A stretch of 64,000 bases of DNA. Source: an uncultured delta proteobacterium (GTDB taxonomy: Bacteria; Desulfobacterota; Binatia; Binatales; Binataceae). Shown in pieces: positions 30,019 to 39,138 of the stretch. The notes beneath the pieces were generated by a model, which was not told the DNA's origin, made no database searches, and saw only the letters and a program-made list of their open reading frames with translations. Location of the stretch: contig CAWFDW010000001.1 in assembly GCA_963814715.1 (NCBI GenBank), positions 910,184-974,183 on the forward strand, given 5' to 3'. Within the stretch, counting starts at the first letter, position 1. Each line of letters begins with the position of its first letter. A program made the position numbers and the translations under genes.

Positions 30019-30624
30019 TCAGATTTCAGATTCGTTTTGCGGAAAGTCGATTGGGAGGCGCGCGGCGTGGCTTACGTAGTTCATGAAAATGTTTAAAGCG
30101 ACGTTGGCGACGGTCTCGATGATTTCGCTGTCGCTCAAGCCGGCGGCACGGGCCTGCTGGAGATCCGTGTCGCTGATTTCAGCGCGCTGAACGACAATAT
30201 TGCGGGCTAGTTTCAGAATAGCGTCGGTCTTTGGATCGGCTGCGCGGGCGCGGATCGCATTTGCGATTTCGGCGGAGGTCAGTCCGGCCCTTTGGCCCAG
30301 AAAGGTGTGCGCGCTCCGACAGTAATCGCAAAGGTTGCTTTCCGCCACCACAAGGGCTATCTGCTCGCGGATTCTGTCATCAAGGACTCCGCCAGCCAGC
30401 GCCGCACTGAAATTGACGTAACCCTCCAGTGCTATAGGCGCGTTAGCAAGCGCGCGAAAGAGATTTGGCACAAAAGCGAATTTTGCCCGCACCTGCCCCA
30501 GCAAGCGCCTGGTTTTGCCGGTGACACGGTGCGGATCAACAAGTTGAATGCGGCTTTGGTCCTTGGGTTCGCCCATTCCTGACTCCTCGGCGATTGCTTG
30601 AAGGAGGTCGATTGCCGTTTCCAT
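30019..30624 (-). CDS. carboxymuconolactone decarboxylase / AhpD-like family protein
   Basis: Start set at METAIDLL. VPNLFRALANAP and the CxxC-type motif NLCDYCRSAH are typical of the AhpD core. Confidence 0.8.
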   Translation of the reverse strand: METAIDLLQAIAEESGMGEPKDQSRIQLVDPHRVTGKTRRLLGQVRAKFAFVPNLFRALANAPIALEGYVNFSAALAGGVLDDRIREQIALVVAESNLCDYCRSAHTFLGQRAGLTSAEIANAIRARAADPKTDAILKLARNIVVQRAEISDTDLQQARAAGLSDSEIIETVANVALNIFMNYVSHAARLPIDFPQNESEI

Positions 30625-30658
30625 GTTGATATCGAGGCTTCCTTTGCGGCCGTTTTGA

Positions 30659-30907
30659 TTACCTTCGAAGTGCGAGCGCCTCGTTCGGGTACACGCCTTG
30701 TCGTAGGGACGGCGGCCGCGCGGGTTGGCAAGCGGGGTCACGCGGCAAAAGGTTTGCCAAAGTTGAGGAGAACGTCAGTCCGTGCTCGGCCCTGACTAGT
30801 ATGCGACCCATCGGGACTCGGTGGACGACGACCGCAGGCAACCACATCGAATCCCACACCCAGACCTTTGAACCCTGCTTGAAACTCATCTTGGGTCGGG
30901 TGCTCAT
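30659..30907 (-). CDS. hypothetical small protein, translationally coupled to the upstream ORF
   Basis: ATG 30905-30907 overlaps the TGA (30904-30906) of the upstream ORF. The N-terminal 55 aa look globular (FKQGSKVWVWDSMWLPAVVVHRVPMGRILV), but the C-terminal tail is low quality. Confidence 0.3.
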   Translation of the reverse strand: MSTRPKMSFKQGSKVWVWDSMWLPAVVVHRVPMGRILVRAEHGLTFSSTLANLLPRDPACQPARPPSLRQGVYPNEALALRR

Positions 30908-31230
30908 CGCACAACCCCTCCCCAGTGAACCGCGCTTTCGAGGCCCGCCTGCGGGTCGAGCGGTTTGATTACAGCGGCCACTAGCAGAAATTGTTCGAAG
31001 GTAATGTCCAGCCGGCGAAACCCTCCCTGGCAAAAAACGAACGCATAAAACTCCACCAGTTCGTCGCTGATGGTCACAGGCAGGATTGGCAGTGTGGAGG
31101 CTTCAGGAAACTCGCGTGGCTCGCGAACCGAAACCGGGCGAGGCGGCGTGATACGAGCGGGTGACGACACACCGATCGCCCTGCGCGATGCGAAGCGCAA
31201 GACCCTTGTTGATGAAACCAATGCGCCCAT
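30904..31230 (-). CDS. hypothetical protein
   Basis: 108-aa ORF. The C-terminal half looks protein-like (ISDELVEFYAFVFCQGGFRRLDITFEQFLLVAAVIKPL). The N-terminal half is Arg/Ser/Pro-rich, and an alternative frame (MNCHGRIGFINKGLALRIAQGDRCVV) looks better there. Confidence 0.3.
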   Translation of the reverse strand: MGALVSSTRVLRFASRRAIGVSSPARITPPRPVSVREPREFPEASTLPILPVTISDELVEFYAFVFCQGGFRRLDITFEQFLLVAAVIKPLDPQAGLESAVHWGGVVR

Positions 31231-31322
31231 GACAATTCATCTCCAATTCAGCGCGCGGCTCTTAGACGCGCTCATTTTCGTCTACCGGCCAATTGTAGTT
31301 CGCGCTTGTCTTTGCTCGCTCT

Positions 31323-31360
31323 GACGGCGGCCGTTGGGGGGAGGCGCAACGGCCGCCGTC
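31323..31360. repeat. perfect 13-bp inverted repeat (stable hairpin) in a divergent intergenic region
   Basis: gacggcggccgtt (31323-31335), a 12-nt G-rich loop, then aacggccgccgtc (31348-31360). Confidence 0.6.
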
Positions 31361-31814
31361 TCGGCTCGGACAACTCTCGCCCTTTCTTGCTCTCGGACGA
31401 TTGCTGGGAAGCGCTAACAACACTTTCCGTGCCAGACCGCGAGTTGCCGAAAAGCGCGTGACGAGGCCGTTTTCGGAGTCCATTTGCGGAAGCCTCTTTA
31501 CGAGGAATCGTAAAATTACGATTTTTTGCATTTCAGCCTGGTCTTCGAGGGTGGGCTGGAAATTGCCACAGAGGACACGATTCCGAGCGAGGCGGTTTAG
31601 CAGAACTCGGGCCTCAACGGTCTAGAGGAATCGCGGAATCGCATGGTACGTGGAACGCCGAGTGGTGGATCTGGCTCAGCAGGTAGGGACAAACAGAGCG
31701 CCCGTTCTACGCAAAAAAAGCTTCCGCAAAGAGATTGGTAGTGGTATTGGACCGTAGCTTGCTGCGGGACAGGTTTCTGTCTGGAGCACCTTAACATTGA
31801 AAGTTGGATTTAAC

Positions 31815-33005
31815 ATGGAGCGGTCCTATAGACCTTGGCATTCAGCCGCGCAATTCCTGCTTGGAAGCGTCGCGATTGCGCTGCTGACCTTCGTCTGCTT
31901 TCGACTCCAGGTTAGAGCCGGTATAGCCGCCCTCTTCTACTTGATTGTTGTCGTGCTGCTGTCCGCTACGGACGCGTTCGTTCCATCGGTCTTTGTCTCC
32001 ATCATCGCCGTAGTGTGTTTGGATTACTTCTTCATTCCGCCGATTCTCTCCTTCGCGGTGGGCAACCCGCTCGACATTCTCGCCTTAGTCGCCTTCTTGG
32101 GAATCGCATGGCTGATCACGCGCCTGATGTTCCTGCGCAGACGGGCTGAGGAGGCGCTGGAAAAGGCGAACAGCGAGCTGGAAGCAAAGGTACAACAGCG
32201 CACCGCCGAACTGGCCACAGCCAACGATGGACTGCGCGCTGAAATGCGCGAGCGTCAGCGCGCCGAAGAGGCATTGCAGAAGTCTCAGGCGGAACTCGCA
32301 CACGTCACCCGCGTAATGACTCTGGGAGAGCTGATGGCCTCGCTAGCCCACGAAGTTAATCAGCCGCTTGCGGCGGTGGTCACCAACGCCCAGGCCTGTC
32401 TGCGATGGCTCGCCCTTGAGCCGCCCCGTCCGGACGAGGCGCGAGCCGCGGTGGAGCGCATCGTCAGGGACAGCAATCGAGCGAGCGAAGTGATCCAGCG
32501 GATTCGTGCACTCGTGAAAAAGTCCGACCCGCAGATGGTGGCGCTGGACATCAACGATGTCATCCGCGAGGCTATTTCCCTGGAGCAGCGTGAGATGCTC
32601 AACCAGCGGGTATCGCTGCGCACGGAATTCGCATCCGCACTGCCGCCGGTGCTTGGCGATCGGGTCCAGCTGCAGCAGGTGGTCATCAACCTGGTGATGA
32701 ACGCTGTTGAAGCGATGGCGCCAGTCACGGATCGGCCGCGCGACATGCTTATTCGAACCCGGCAGGACGATTCCAACGAGGTACTTGTGGCGGTTAGGGA
32801 CTCCGGCATGGGGATTGACTCGGAGAACGCGGAGCGCATGTTCAACGCCTTCTTCACCACCAAGTCCAGCGGCATGGGAATGGGGCTGTCTATTAGCCGT
32901 TCGATCATCGCGGCGCACGGTGGCAGATTGTGGGTATCGCCCAATGCGGACCACGGCGCGACTTTTCAATTCACTTTGCCGAGTAACAGCCAGGTCATGT
33001 CGTGA
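31815..33005 (+). CDS. sensor histidine kinase (DUF4118-like membrane domain, coiled coil, HisKA, HATPase_c)
   Basis: ATG at 31815; the track starts at TTG 31797. Membrane domain [11 protein letters not shown]...DYFFIPP, H-box [31 protein letters not shown], and [13 protein letters not shown]. Confidence 0.88.
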   Translation: MERSYRPWHSAAQFLLGSVAIALLTFVCFRLQVRAGIAALFYLIVVVLLSATDAFVPSVFVSIIAVVCLDYFFIPPILSFAVGNPLDILALVAFLGIAWLITRLMFLRRRAEEALEKANSELEAKVQQRTAELATANDGLRAEMRERQRAEEALQKSQAELAHVTRVMTLGELMASLAHEVNQPLAAVVTNAQACLRWLALEPPRPDEARAAVERIVRDSNRASEVIQRIRALVKKSDPQMVALDINDVIREAISLEQREMLNQRVSLRTEFASALPPVLGDRVQLQQVVINLVMNAVEAMAPVTDRPRDMLIRTRQDDSNEVLVAVRDSGMGIDSENAERMFNAFFTTKSSGMGMGLSISRSIIAAHGGRLWVSPNADHGATFQFTLPSNSQVMS

Positions 33006-33628
33006 AAGAAGCTGACTCGGTCGTCTTCGTTGTTGATGATGATTCGTCGGTTCGCGAGGCGATCAAGAGTCTCATCAAGTCCGTGGGGTTAAGTGTCGAG
33101 ACCTTCGAGACCGCGCAACAATTTCTGGGCAGCAAACGCCCGGAGGTGCCCGGATGCGTGGTGCTTGATGTGCGGCTGCCCGGATTAAGCGGACTCGATC
33201 TACAGCGCGAATTGGCCGCGAATGATATCAAACTTCCGATCATCTTCATCACTGGGTATGGCGACATTCCGATGTCGGTCACTGCGATGAAAGCCGGGGC
33301 GTTGGAGTTCCTCACCAAGCCGTTTCGCGACCAGGATCTTCTGGACGCGATCCAGAAAGCCCTCGAGCGCGACCGCAGCGCACGGCGACAGCGGATGGAA
33401 ACCGCTGAGCTACGCGATCGGTTTGACGCTCTGACGGCGCGCGAGCGTGAAGTTATGCGCCTGGTTGTGGCAGGCCTGCTCAACAAGCAGATCGCGGGTG
33501 AATTGGGCACCAGCGAGATCACGGTTAAGATTCATCGCGGTCAGGTTATGAAAAAAATGGGGGCCGGATCTCTGGCCGAGCTGGTCAGAATGACGGAGAA
33601 ATTGGGGATTCCGGCCGCGAAGGATTAG
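33002..33628 (+). CDS. FixJ/LuxR-type response regulator (REC + LuxR HTH)
   Basis: GTGA overlap with the HK stop. VVFVVDDD...[11 protein letters not shown]...KPF, then [36 protein letters not shown]. Confidence 0.92.
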   Translation: MKEADSVVFVVDDDSSVREAIKSLIKSVGLSVETFETAQQFLGSKRPEVPGCVVLDVRLPGLSGLDLQRELAANDIKLPIIFITGYGDIPMSVTAMKAGALEFLTKPFRDQDLLDAIQKALERDRSARRQRMETAELRDRFDALTAREREVMRLVVAGLLNKQIAGELGTSEITVKIHRGQVMKKMGAGSLAELVRMTEKLGIPAAKD

Positions 33629-33727
33629 TCCACTCACACCAAGTTATAGGCCGCCGATACAAAGGTATAATAGATTCTCCCATTTCACGCGGGATAGGCT
33701 TCCGTTCAGGAGAAGTCAATTCCAGCT

Positions 33728-34111
33728 GTGAAAGAAATCAACCAAAGCAAGAACGACGCGCTCATCGCAATCGTGGATGACGAAGCATCGGTTTGCGAGG
33801 CTCTCGAGAGTCTACTCAAGTCGATCGGGTTCCGGACTGTCAGCTTCACCTCTGCCCGCAGTTTCCTGGACTCCTCGGAATTTCCCAACGTGTCCTGTGT
33901 GGTCCTCGATGTCTCGATGCCGAACATGAACGGCCTCGAGCTGCAACGCCACCTGGCCGGCACCAACCCGATACCCATCATCTTCATGACGGCTCATCGC
34001 GACGAAAAGACACGGGAGCGGGCGTTGCGGGCGGGAGCGATTCGCTTCTTGAACAAGCCTTTCAGCGACGAGGCTCTGATCGACTCGCTGCACTCGGCAC
34101 TTAACGACTGA
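33728..34111 (+). CDS. single-domain (CheY-like) response regulator
   Basis: GTG start. IAIVDDE...VLDVSMPNMNG...NKPF. 127 aa with no output domain. Confidence 0.88.
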   Translation: MKEINQSKNDALIAIVDDEASVCEALESLLKSIGFRTVSFTSARSFLDSSEFPNVSCVVLDVSMPNMNGLELQRHLAGTNPIPIIFMTAHRDEKTRERALRAGAIRFLNKPFSDEALIDSLHSALND

Positions 34112-34176
34112 GTGACACCACTGACGGCAAATCGAGCACTGAGCTTTCTGATTCGAAAACGACGGAGGGGATTCAG

Positions 34177-36180
34177 GTGGAAAAGCAGACTCAGTACCCG
34201 GAGAACGAAGCGGAGCGCTTGAACGCGCTACGGCGATACCAAATCCTCGACACTCCGCCGGAACCAGCGTTCGACCGCATCGCGGAGATGGCCGCAACTC
34301 TCTTCCAGGTGCCGATGGCGATCGTCAGTCTGGTAGACGAGGACCGCGTATGGTTCAAATCGCGGCTCGGTATCGACGCTGATCACTGCGCGCGCGACGC
34401 CGGGTTATGTGCGTCGGCGATCGCCTCGCCGGGGGTTTTCCATTTGCGCGACGCTGCTCACGACGAGCGCGCGGCCAGCCATCCGCTGGTGCCGGCCCTC
34501 GGCATCCGCTTCTATGCGGCCGCTCCGCTGCGCACCCACGACGGTCTGAATCTCGGGACAGTCTGCGTTCTCGACCAAAAGCCGCGTGAGTTGGGAGTGG
34601 GTGAGACGGAAATACTCGAAATGTTGGCGGCGCTCGCGATGAATCAGATGGAATTGCGACTATACGCGGAGAAGGTCGCCCAACTGGAACAGGTTCAGCG
34701 AACGAGCGGAGAGCGACTGCGTTGGGCCAACGAGCGGCTGGCCCAACGCGAGGAACAATTCCGCGACCTTTTTGAGGAAGCACCCATCGCGTACCTCCAT
34801 GCCGTCGACACGCGGATTTTGCGGGCCAACAACACTGCCATGCAGATTCTGGGCGTCAAGCCCGATGAGATCGTCGGTTTGCTCGCGACCTCGTTTGTCC
34901 CTGATACGCCCGAAGCTCAACGCCGCCTGCGCGACGCGCTCCCGTTGCGCGCCAACGGAACCGACAAAAAAGGAGTGGTCCTCGAATTGCGGCGCAGGGA
35001 CGACGGGAGGCCGCTGTGGGTCCGATGGTGGTGTAAGCCGGACCTCGCCGGCAAGTATACGCGCAGTATGTTCATGGACATCACCGAACAGATCTTGATG
35101 GAACAGGAAAAGACACGGCTCGAGGCTCAGAACGCTTTCCTGCTCGATGAAATCCGCGCCGAACAAAACTTCGGCGATATCATCGGCGGAAGCTCCGGCT
35201 TGCGAAAGGTGATGCATCAGATTCAACTCGTGGCGCCGACCGATGCCACCGTCCTGATCACCGGAGAAAGCGGGACTGGGAAGGAACTCGTCGCGCGCGC
35301 AATCCACGAGCGAGGTGCGCGAAGCGAGCGCGCCCTCGTCAAATTGAACTGCAGCGCAGTCCCCGAAGGTCTCTTCGAGAGCGAGTTCTTCGGGCACGTC
35401 AAGGGCGCGTTTACCGGCGCGCTCAAGGACAAGCCCGGCCGTTTTGAACTCGCCGATGGCGGTACGCTATTCCTCGATGAAATCGGCGAAGTGCCGCTCG
35501 CGATGCAGGCCAAGCTGCTCCGCGTCTTGCAGGAACAGGAGCTTGAACGGGTCGGCGACACGCACACGCGCAAAGTTCATGTACGGGTCATCGCTGCAAC
35601 CAATCGGGACCTCAAGAAGGAGGTCGACGAGGGTCGTTTCCGCGAGGATCTTTTCTACCGCTTGAGTGTCTTTCCTATCGAGGTCCCGCCACTGCGAGAG
35701 CGCCGCGACGACCTGGGGCCACTCGTCGCCCATTTCATCAGGCAGAGCGCGCGTCGGATGAATCGTCCTGAGCCGCAAATCAGCAAGACAACATTCGACC
35801 AGCTCGCGACCTATAACTGGCCGGGCAACGTACGCGAACTCCAAAACACCGTCGAGCGGGCCATCATCTTGTGGCAGGAAGGTCCGCTTACTTTCGATCT
35901 GCCCGCCTCGCGGCCGAAAAGTAGTGGCGAGCAAGCGACGCCGACAGCGAAGGCCGCGCTTCTCACCCTGGACGAACTGAAACGTCAGGAACGCGAGGCC
36001 ATCATCAACGCTTTGATACAGGCAAATGGAAAAGTTTCCGGAGCAGGCGGTGCAGCGGAATTGCTCGGCATGAAACCCTCGACCTTGGCGTCCCGCATCT
36101 CCTCCATGAGCATCGATCCTAAGGCGCTGGACGGTAAGGCGCTGAACGGCAGGGCACTGAACGGTAGGGCGCTGGACTAA
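34177..36180 (+). CDS. sigma-54-dependent transcriptional activator (GAF + PAS + AAA+ + Fis HTH) with a repetitive C-terminal tail
   Basis: GTG at 34177 with GGAGGGGA upstream. GAF-like N-terminus, PAS-like region (aa ~190-300), [18 protein letters not shown], and HTH GKVSGAGGAAELLGMKPSTLASRI. Confidence 0.9.
   Translation: MEKQTQYPENEAERLNALRRYQILDTPPEPAFDRIAEMAATLFQVPMAIVSLVDEDRVWFKSRLGIDADHCARDAGLCASAIASPGVFHLRDAAHDERAASHPLVPALGIRFYAAAPLRTHDGLNLGTVCVLDQKPRELGVGETEILEMLAALAMNQMELRLYAEKVAQLEQVQRTSGERLRWANERLAQREEQFRDLFEEAPIAYLHAVDTRILRANNTAMQILGVKPDEIVGLLATSFVPDTPEAQRRLRDALPLRANGTDKKGVVLELRRRDDGRPLWVRWWCKPDLAGKYTRSMFMDITEQILMEQEKTRLEAQNAFLLDEIRAEQNFGDIIGGSSGLRKVMHQIQLVAPTDATVLITGESGTGKELVARAIHERGARSERALVKLNCSAVPEGLFESEFFGHVKGAFTGALKDKPGRFELADGGTLFLDEIGEVPLAMQAKLLRVLQEQELERVGDTHTRKVHVRVIAATNRDLKKEVDEGRFREDLFYRLSVFPIEVPPLRERRDDLGPLVAHFIRQSARRMNRPEPQISKTTFDQLATYNWPGNVRELQNTVERAIILWQEGPLTFDLPASRPKSSGEQATPTAKAALLTLDELKRQEREAIINALIQANGKVSGAGGAAELLGMKPSTLASRISSMSIDPKALDGKALNGRALNGRALD
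36121..36180 (+). repeat. 4 x 15-nt tandem repeat encoding (K/R)AL(D/N)G at the end of the activator gene
   Basis: aaggcgctggacggt / aaggcgctgaacggc / agggcactgaacggt / agggcgctggactaa. Confidence 0.9.
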
Positions 36181-36554
36181 TGGTCTCTCACCCGGGCGCG
36201 ACATTTTTCTCTAGCTCAGCTAGACGCTTCGGGGTTCTCGAAAACAAACGCCTGGCGCTCGCCGAGGAGCGGCGCGGAATGCTGGTGGATGCCGAGCGGG
36301 AGACCGAGGCCTCGCTGAGGTTGAGTCCAGGACAAGCGGACGCGCGCAATCTGCTCGGAGTGATCTACGCAGAGGAGGGAAAGGCCGTCCGCGCCGCGCA
36401 GACCTGGCACGACCTCATCCGAGATGTTCCGAGCTATCAGCCAGCGCGCGCAAATCTGTCGATGCTCAGCAGCCGAAATAACATTGCCGATGCCGAGACG
36501 GCGGCCGCCGTCCCCACCTCCCCCGCGACCATCGTCCGCATCTCCAAAAAATGA
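36180..36554 (+). CDS. TPR-like fragment / hypothetical protein
   Basis: The ATG overlaps the preceding TAA by 1 nt. ARNLLGVIYAEEGKAVRAAQTWHDLIRDVPSYQPARANL resembles one or two TPR units. It looks like only the tail of a TPR protein. Confidence 0.35.
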   Translation: MVSHPGATFFSSSARRFGVLENKRLALAEERRGMLVDAERETEASLRLSPGQADARNLLGVIYAEEGKAVRAAQTWHDLIRDVPSYQPARANLSMLSSRNNIADAETAAAVPTSPATIVRISKK

Positions 36555-36666
36555 GCCAGCAATACTCTATGGCGTTAGAGATTTAGCGAGTCCGAAACGA
36601 ACACAATAAGCACCCAGCGCAGCGAGCGCAGGCGACGGCATGGCGGCTGTAGGCGATTTCGCGGCT

Positions 36667-37500
36667 TCAGGGGCGACCATCCGCCCGAGTCAGCGCTTCC
36701 GCGAGTTGTGAAAGCTCGACCGAAAGGGCCGTAGGATTCGGTAAGCTATAGACCGCCCGCGTAACCCGTGGTGCACCTATCAGCACACTTATGTCATCGT
36801 CGCCCAGCGCGGCAAACGCATCCTCGTCGGTAGAATCGTCGCCGCAATAGATTGTCGCGAAGGCGCGCGGCTTGCGCGCTTTCAGAAGCTCGACTGCCCG
36901 AGCTTTGGTGGCGCAACGCGGCATCGCTTCGGCGATCATTTTGAGTTGAACGAGTTTCAGCCGCGGAGCGTTGACGGAAACGAATTCCGAAAATCTCCCG
37001 CACAACTCAGCCGCCTCCGCTGCGTCGGCCTGCCGATAGTGCAACCCAACTGCAGCGACTTTATCCTCGATCCGGAAGCCGCGGGAATCCGGCACTTCGC
37101 CAAGGAGCCATTGCTTGACGCGCGCCAACTCCGGCGCACACTCCGCTACATCCGAAACGAAACTCGCCTCGCCGTTTGCGTCCGTGAATTCGAGACCGTG
37201 AACTCCCGAGAACAGAATTCCGGAATCGATTCCCAGCAGCCGTTTGACTTCCTCGATACGCCGGCCCGATACGATCGCGACCCATGCCTGTTTCGATGCG
37301 CTCGCGATTCGCTCGATGCTGGTGCGAATTCCCTCGATCGGTCGCGCGTTCGCAGCGTCCGGGGTAATTTCGGAGACCGTCCCGTCGTAGTCGAGGCACA
37401 GTAGGATTCCGCGTCGTCTCGCAATTTCCGCCAGCATCCCGTGCGGCAGCGGAGTTGGAGCGGCGTCACGCGCTCGCGCTGACCGTTGTTTGTGTGACAA
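36667..37500 (-). CDS. otsB: trehalose-6-phosphate phosphatase
   Basis: HAD motif I LLCLDYDGTVSE, and a later GDDSTDEDAF motif. Directly downstream of otsA, with overlap. An alternative start is at 37437. Confidence 0.85.
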   Translation of the reverse strand: MSHKQRSARARDAAPTPLPHGMLAEIARRRGILLCLDYDGTVSEITPDAANARPIEGIRTSIERIASASKQAWVAIVSGRRIEEVKRLLGIDSGILFSGVHGLEFTDANGEASFVSDVAECAPELARVKQWLLGEVPDSRGFRIEDKVAAVGLHYRQADAAEAAELCGRFSEFVSVNAPRLKLVQLKMIAEAMPRCATKARAVELLKARKPRAFATIYCGDDSTDEDAFAALGDDDISVLIGAPRVTRAVYSLPNPTALSVELSQLAEALTRADGRP

Positions 37501-38896
37501 GCGGCCGCCTCTTCAGCAACGTGCCGAGAAAATTGTCCGACCATACATCCAGGTTGTTGGTCTCCACCTGGCTGCGCATACGATGAAAGCGCTTCTGCTT
37601 CTCTTCAAGCGGCATCTCTATCGCTTGTTTAATCTTCGCGGCCATCTCGTCCGTATCGTACGGATTGACCTGCAACGCTTCGGTAAGTTCAGCGGAGGCT
37701 CCGGCAAACTCACTCAGGATCAGCACCGCGCTGTCGCTCACTTGCGACGCTATGTATTCCTTGGCGATGAGATTCATTCCGTCGCGGAGCGGAGTTACCA
37801 GTGCGATATCTGAAACCTGGTAATAGGCAATCAATTCCTCCGCTCTGAACTGAGTGTATAGATACCGGATCGGAACCCATCCGTCAGATGAGAAGCGCCC
37901 CACGAGCCGGCCTACGATTTCGTCCAGTTGCCGTTTCAGCGTCGCATATTCCGCGACCTTGGTGCGCGACGGCACCGCGATCAGCACCAGTGTGACCTGC
38001 CTCCGGTATCGCGGATTCAATTCAAGGAATCGTTCGAAGGCCAACAGCCGCTCGAGGATGCCCTTCGTGTAGTCGAGCCGATCGACGCTCAGGATCACAA
38101 TTGGCGTGCGCAGCATCTTGCGGATACGTCGCGCGCGCCCACGAACCGAGGCCGTTGTCGATTGTTCGACGAAGTAGTCGGCCGGGATGCCGAGCGGAAA
38201 TGCGCCCACTTTGGTGGTGCGTGAATCGTGATACACGGTGCCCGTTTCGCGATCGACTTCGTAGCCAAGAATTCGCTCGCAGCAATCCAGAAAATGCTTT
38301 ACGTATGGAGGCGTGTGAAATCCAACCAGGTCACTACCAAGCATGCCGAGCAGCAACTCGCGGCGCCACGGGAAAATGCGGAAGACCTGCTCCGGCGGCC
38401 AGGGAACGTGCCAGAAAAGACCGATCGGCAACGCGGAATGTTTTTCGCGCAGGAACCCCGGCACCAGCGCCAAGTGAAAATCCTGAATCCAGACAACGTC
38501 GAAGCGCGAAGACTCCGCTTCGGCCGTCGCAGCAAACGTTCGATTGACCCGGCAGTAGGATTCCCAATGCGTCGTGTCGAATACGCACTTGGACACCATG
38601 AAATGCATTAGTGGCCACAGTGCACGATTACATACTCCGTAGTAGTAGCCCGATACGTCTCGCTCGCTGAGTCGCGTCAGCAACATCGCAAACCGAGGCG
38701 CCGCGGGCGGCATTAGGACCGAGCCGGGGCGATGCTGTCCTCCCGACCACGCGATCCAAAGTCCGCCGTGTCGCTCGAGCAGACGAAGAAACGTAGTGCC
38801 GACTCCGCCGACAGTTGGCTCGATTCGTTCGCGCCCGCCTTCCTTGACCAGTCTGATCGGCGCGCGATTCGACATCACGAGTAGCCGAGGCTCCAT
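37466..38896 (-). CDS. otsA: alpha,alpha-trehalose-phosphate synthase (GT20)
   Basis: Start set at MEPRLLVMSNRAP. Strong colinearity with E. coli OtsA: GGLWIAWSG, NRALWPLMH, VWIQDFHL, SVDRLDYTKG, VTPLRDGMNLIAKEY, and NPYD. Confidence 0.9.
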   Translation of the reverse strand: MEPRLLVMSNRAPIRLVKEGGRERIEPTVGGVGTTFLRLLERHGGLWIAWSGGQHRPGSVLMPPAAPRFAMLLTRLSERDVSGYYYGVCNRALWPLMHFMVSKCVFDTTHWESYCRVNRTFAATAEAESSRFDVVWIQDFHLALVPGFLREKHSALPIGLFWHVPWPPEQVFRIFPWRRELLLGMLGSDLVGFHTPPYVKHFLDCCERILGYEVDRETGTVYHDSRTTKVGAFPLGIPADYFVEQSTTASVRGRARRIRKMLRTPIVILSVDRLDYTKGILERLLAFERFLELNPRYRRQVTLVLIAVPSRTKVAEYATLKRQLDEIVGRLVGRFSSDGWVPIRYLYTQFRAEELIAYYQVSDIALVTPLRDGMNLIAKEYIASQVSDSAVLILSEFAGASAELTEALQVNPYDTDEMAAKIKQAIEMPLEEKQKRFHRMRSQVETNNLDVWSDNFLGTLLKRRPLVTQTTVSASA

Positions 38897-39138
38897 TTCG
38901 TCGCGCCGGCCAGGTGGTCGGGAAATGTTGGACAATGCATTACGTGGAGATAAGTGTTTCAAAATCCGGTACTGATTTGCAGAAAATCGATCGTAACCCC
39001 TGCGTTCCCGCCACGTCAACGTTGGGGCCGTTAAGTGTGATGGCCGACGAGTGCGGACTAAGCCGGACTAGGCCGGACGGCATGGATCTTAAGGTCAACA
39101 ACGCTCGGGGCTGATGTGGCTGGCGAGCCGTGCAGTAG

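Noticed and set aside
32343-32969. Two ORFs of about 200 aa antisense to the histidine kinase
   Set aside because: Shadow ORFs; the sense frame carries the H, N and G boxes.
34660-36204. Two 245-aa ORFs antisense to the sigma-54 activator
   Set aside because: Shadow ORFs; the sense frame has Walker A, GAFTGA and the HTH.
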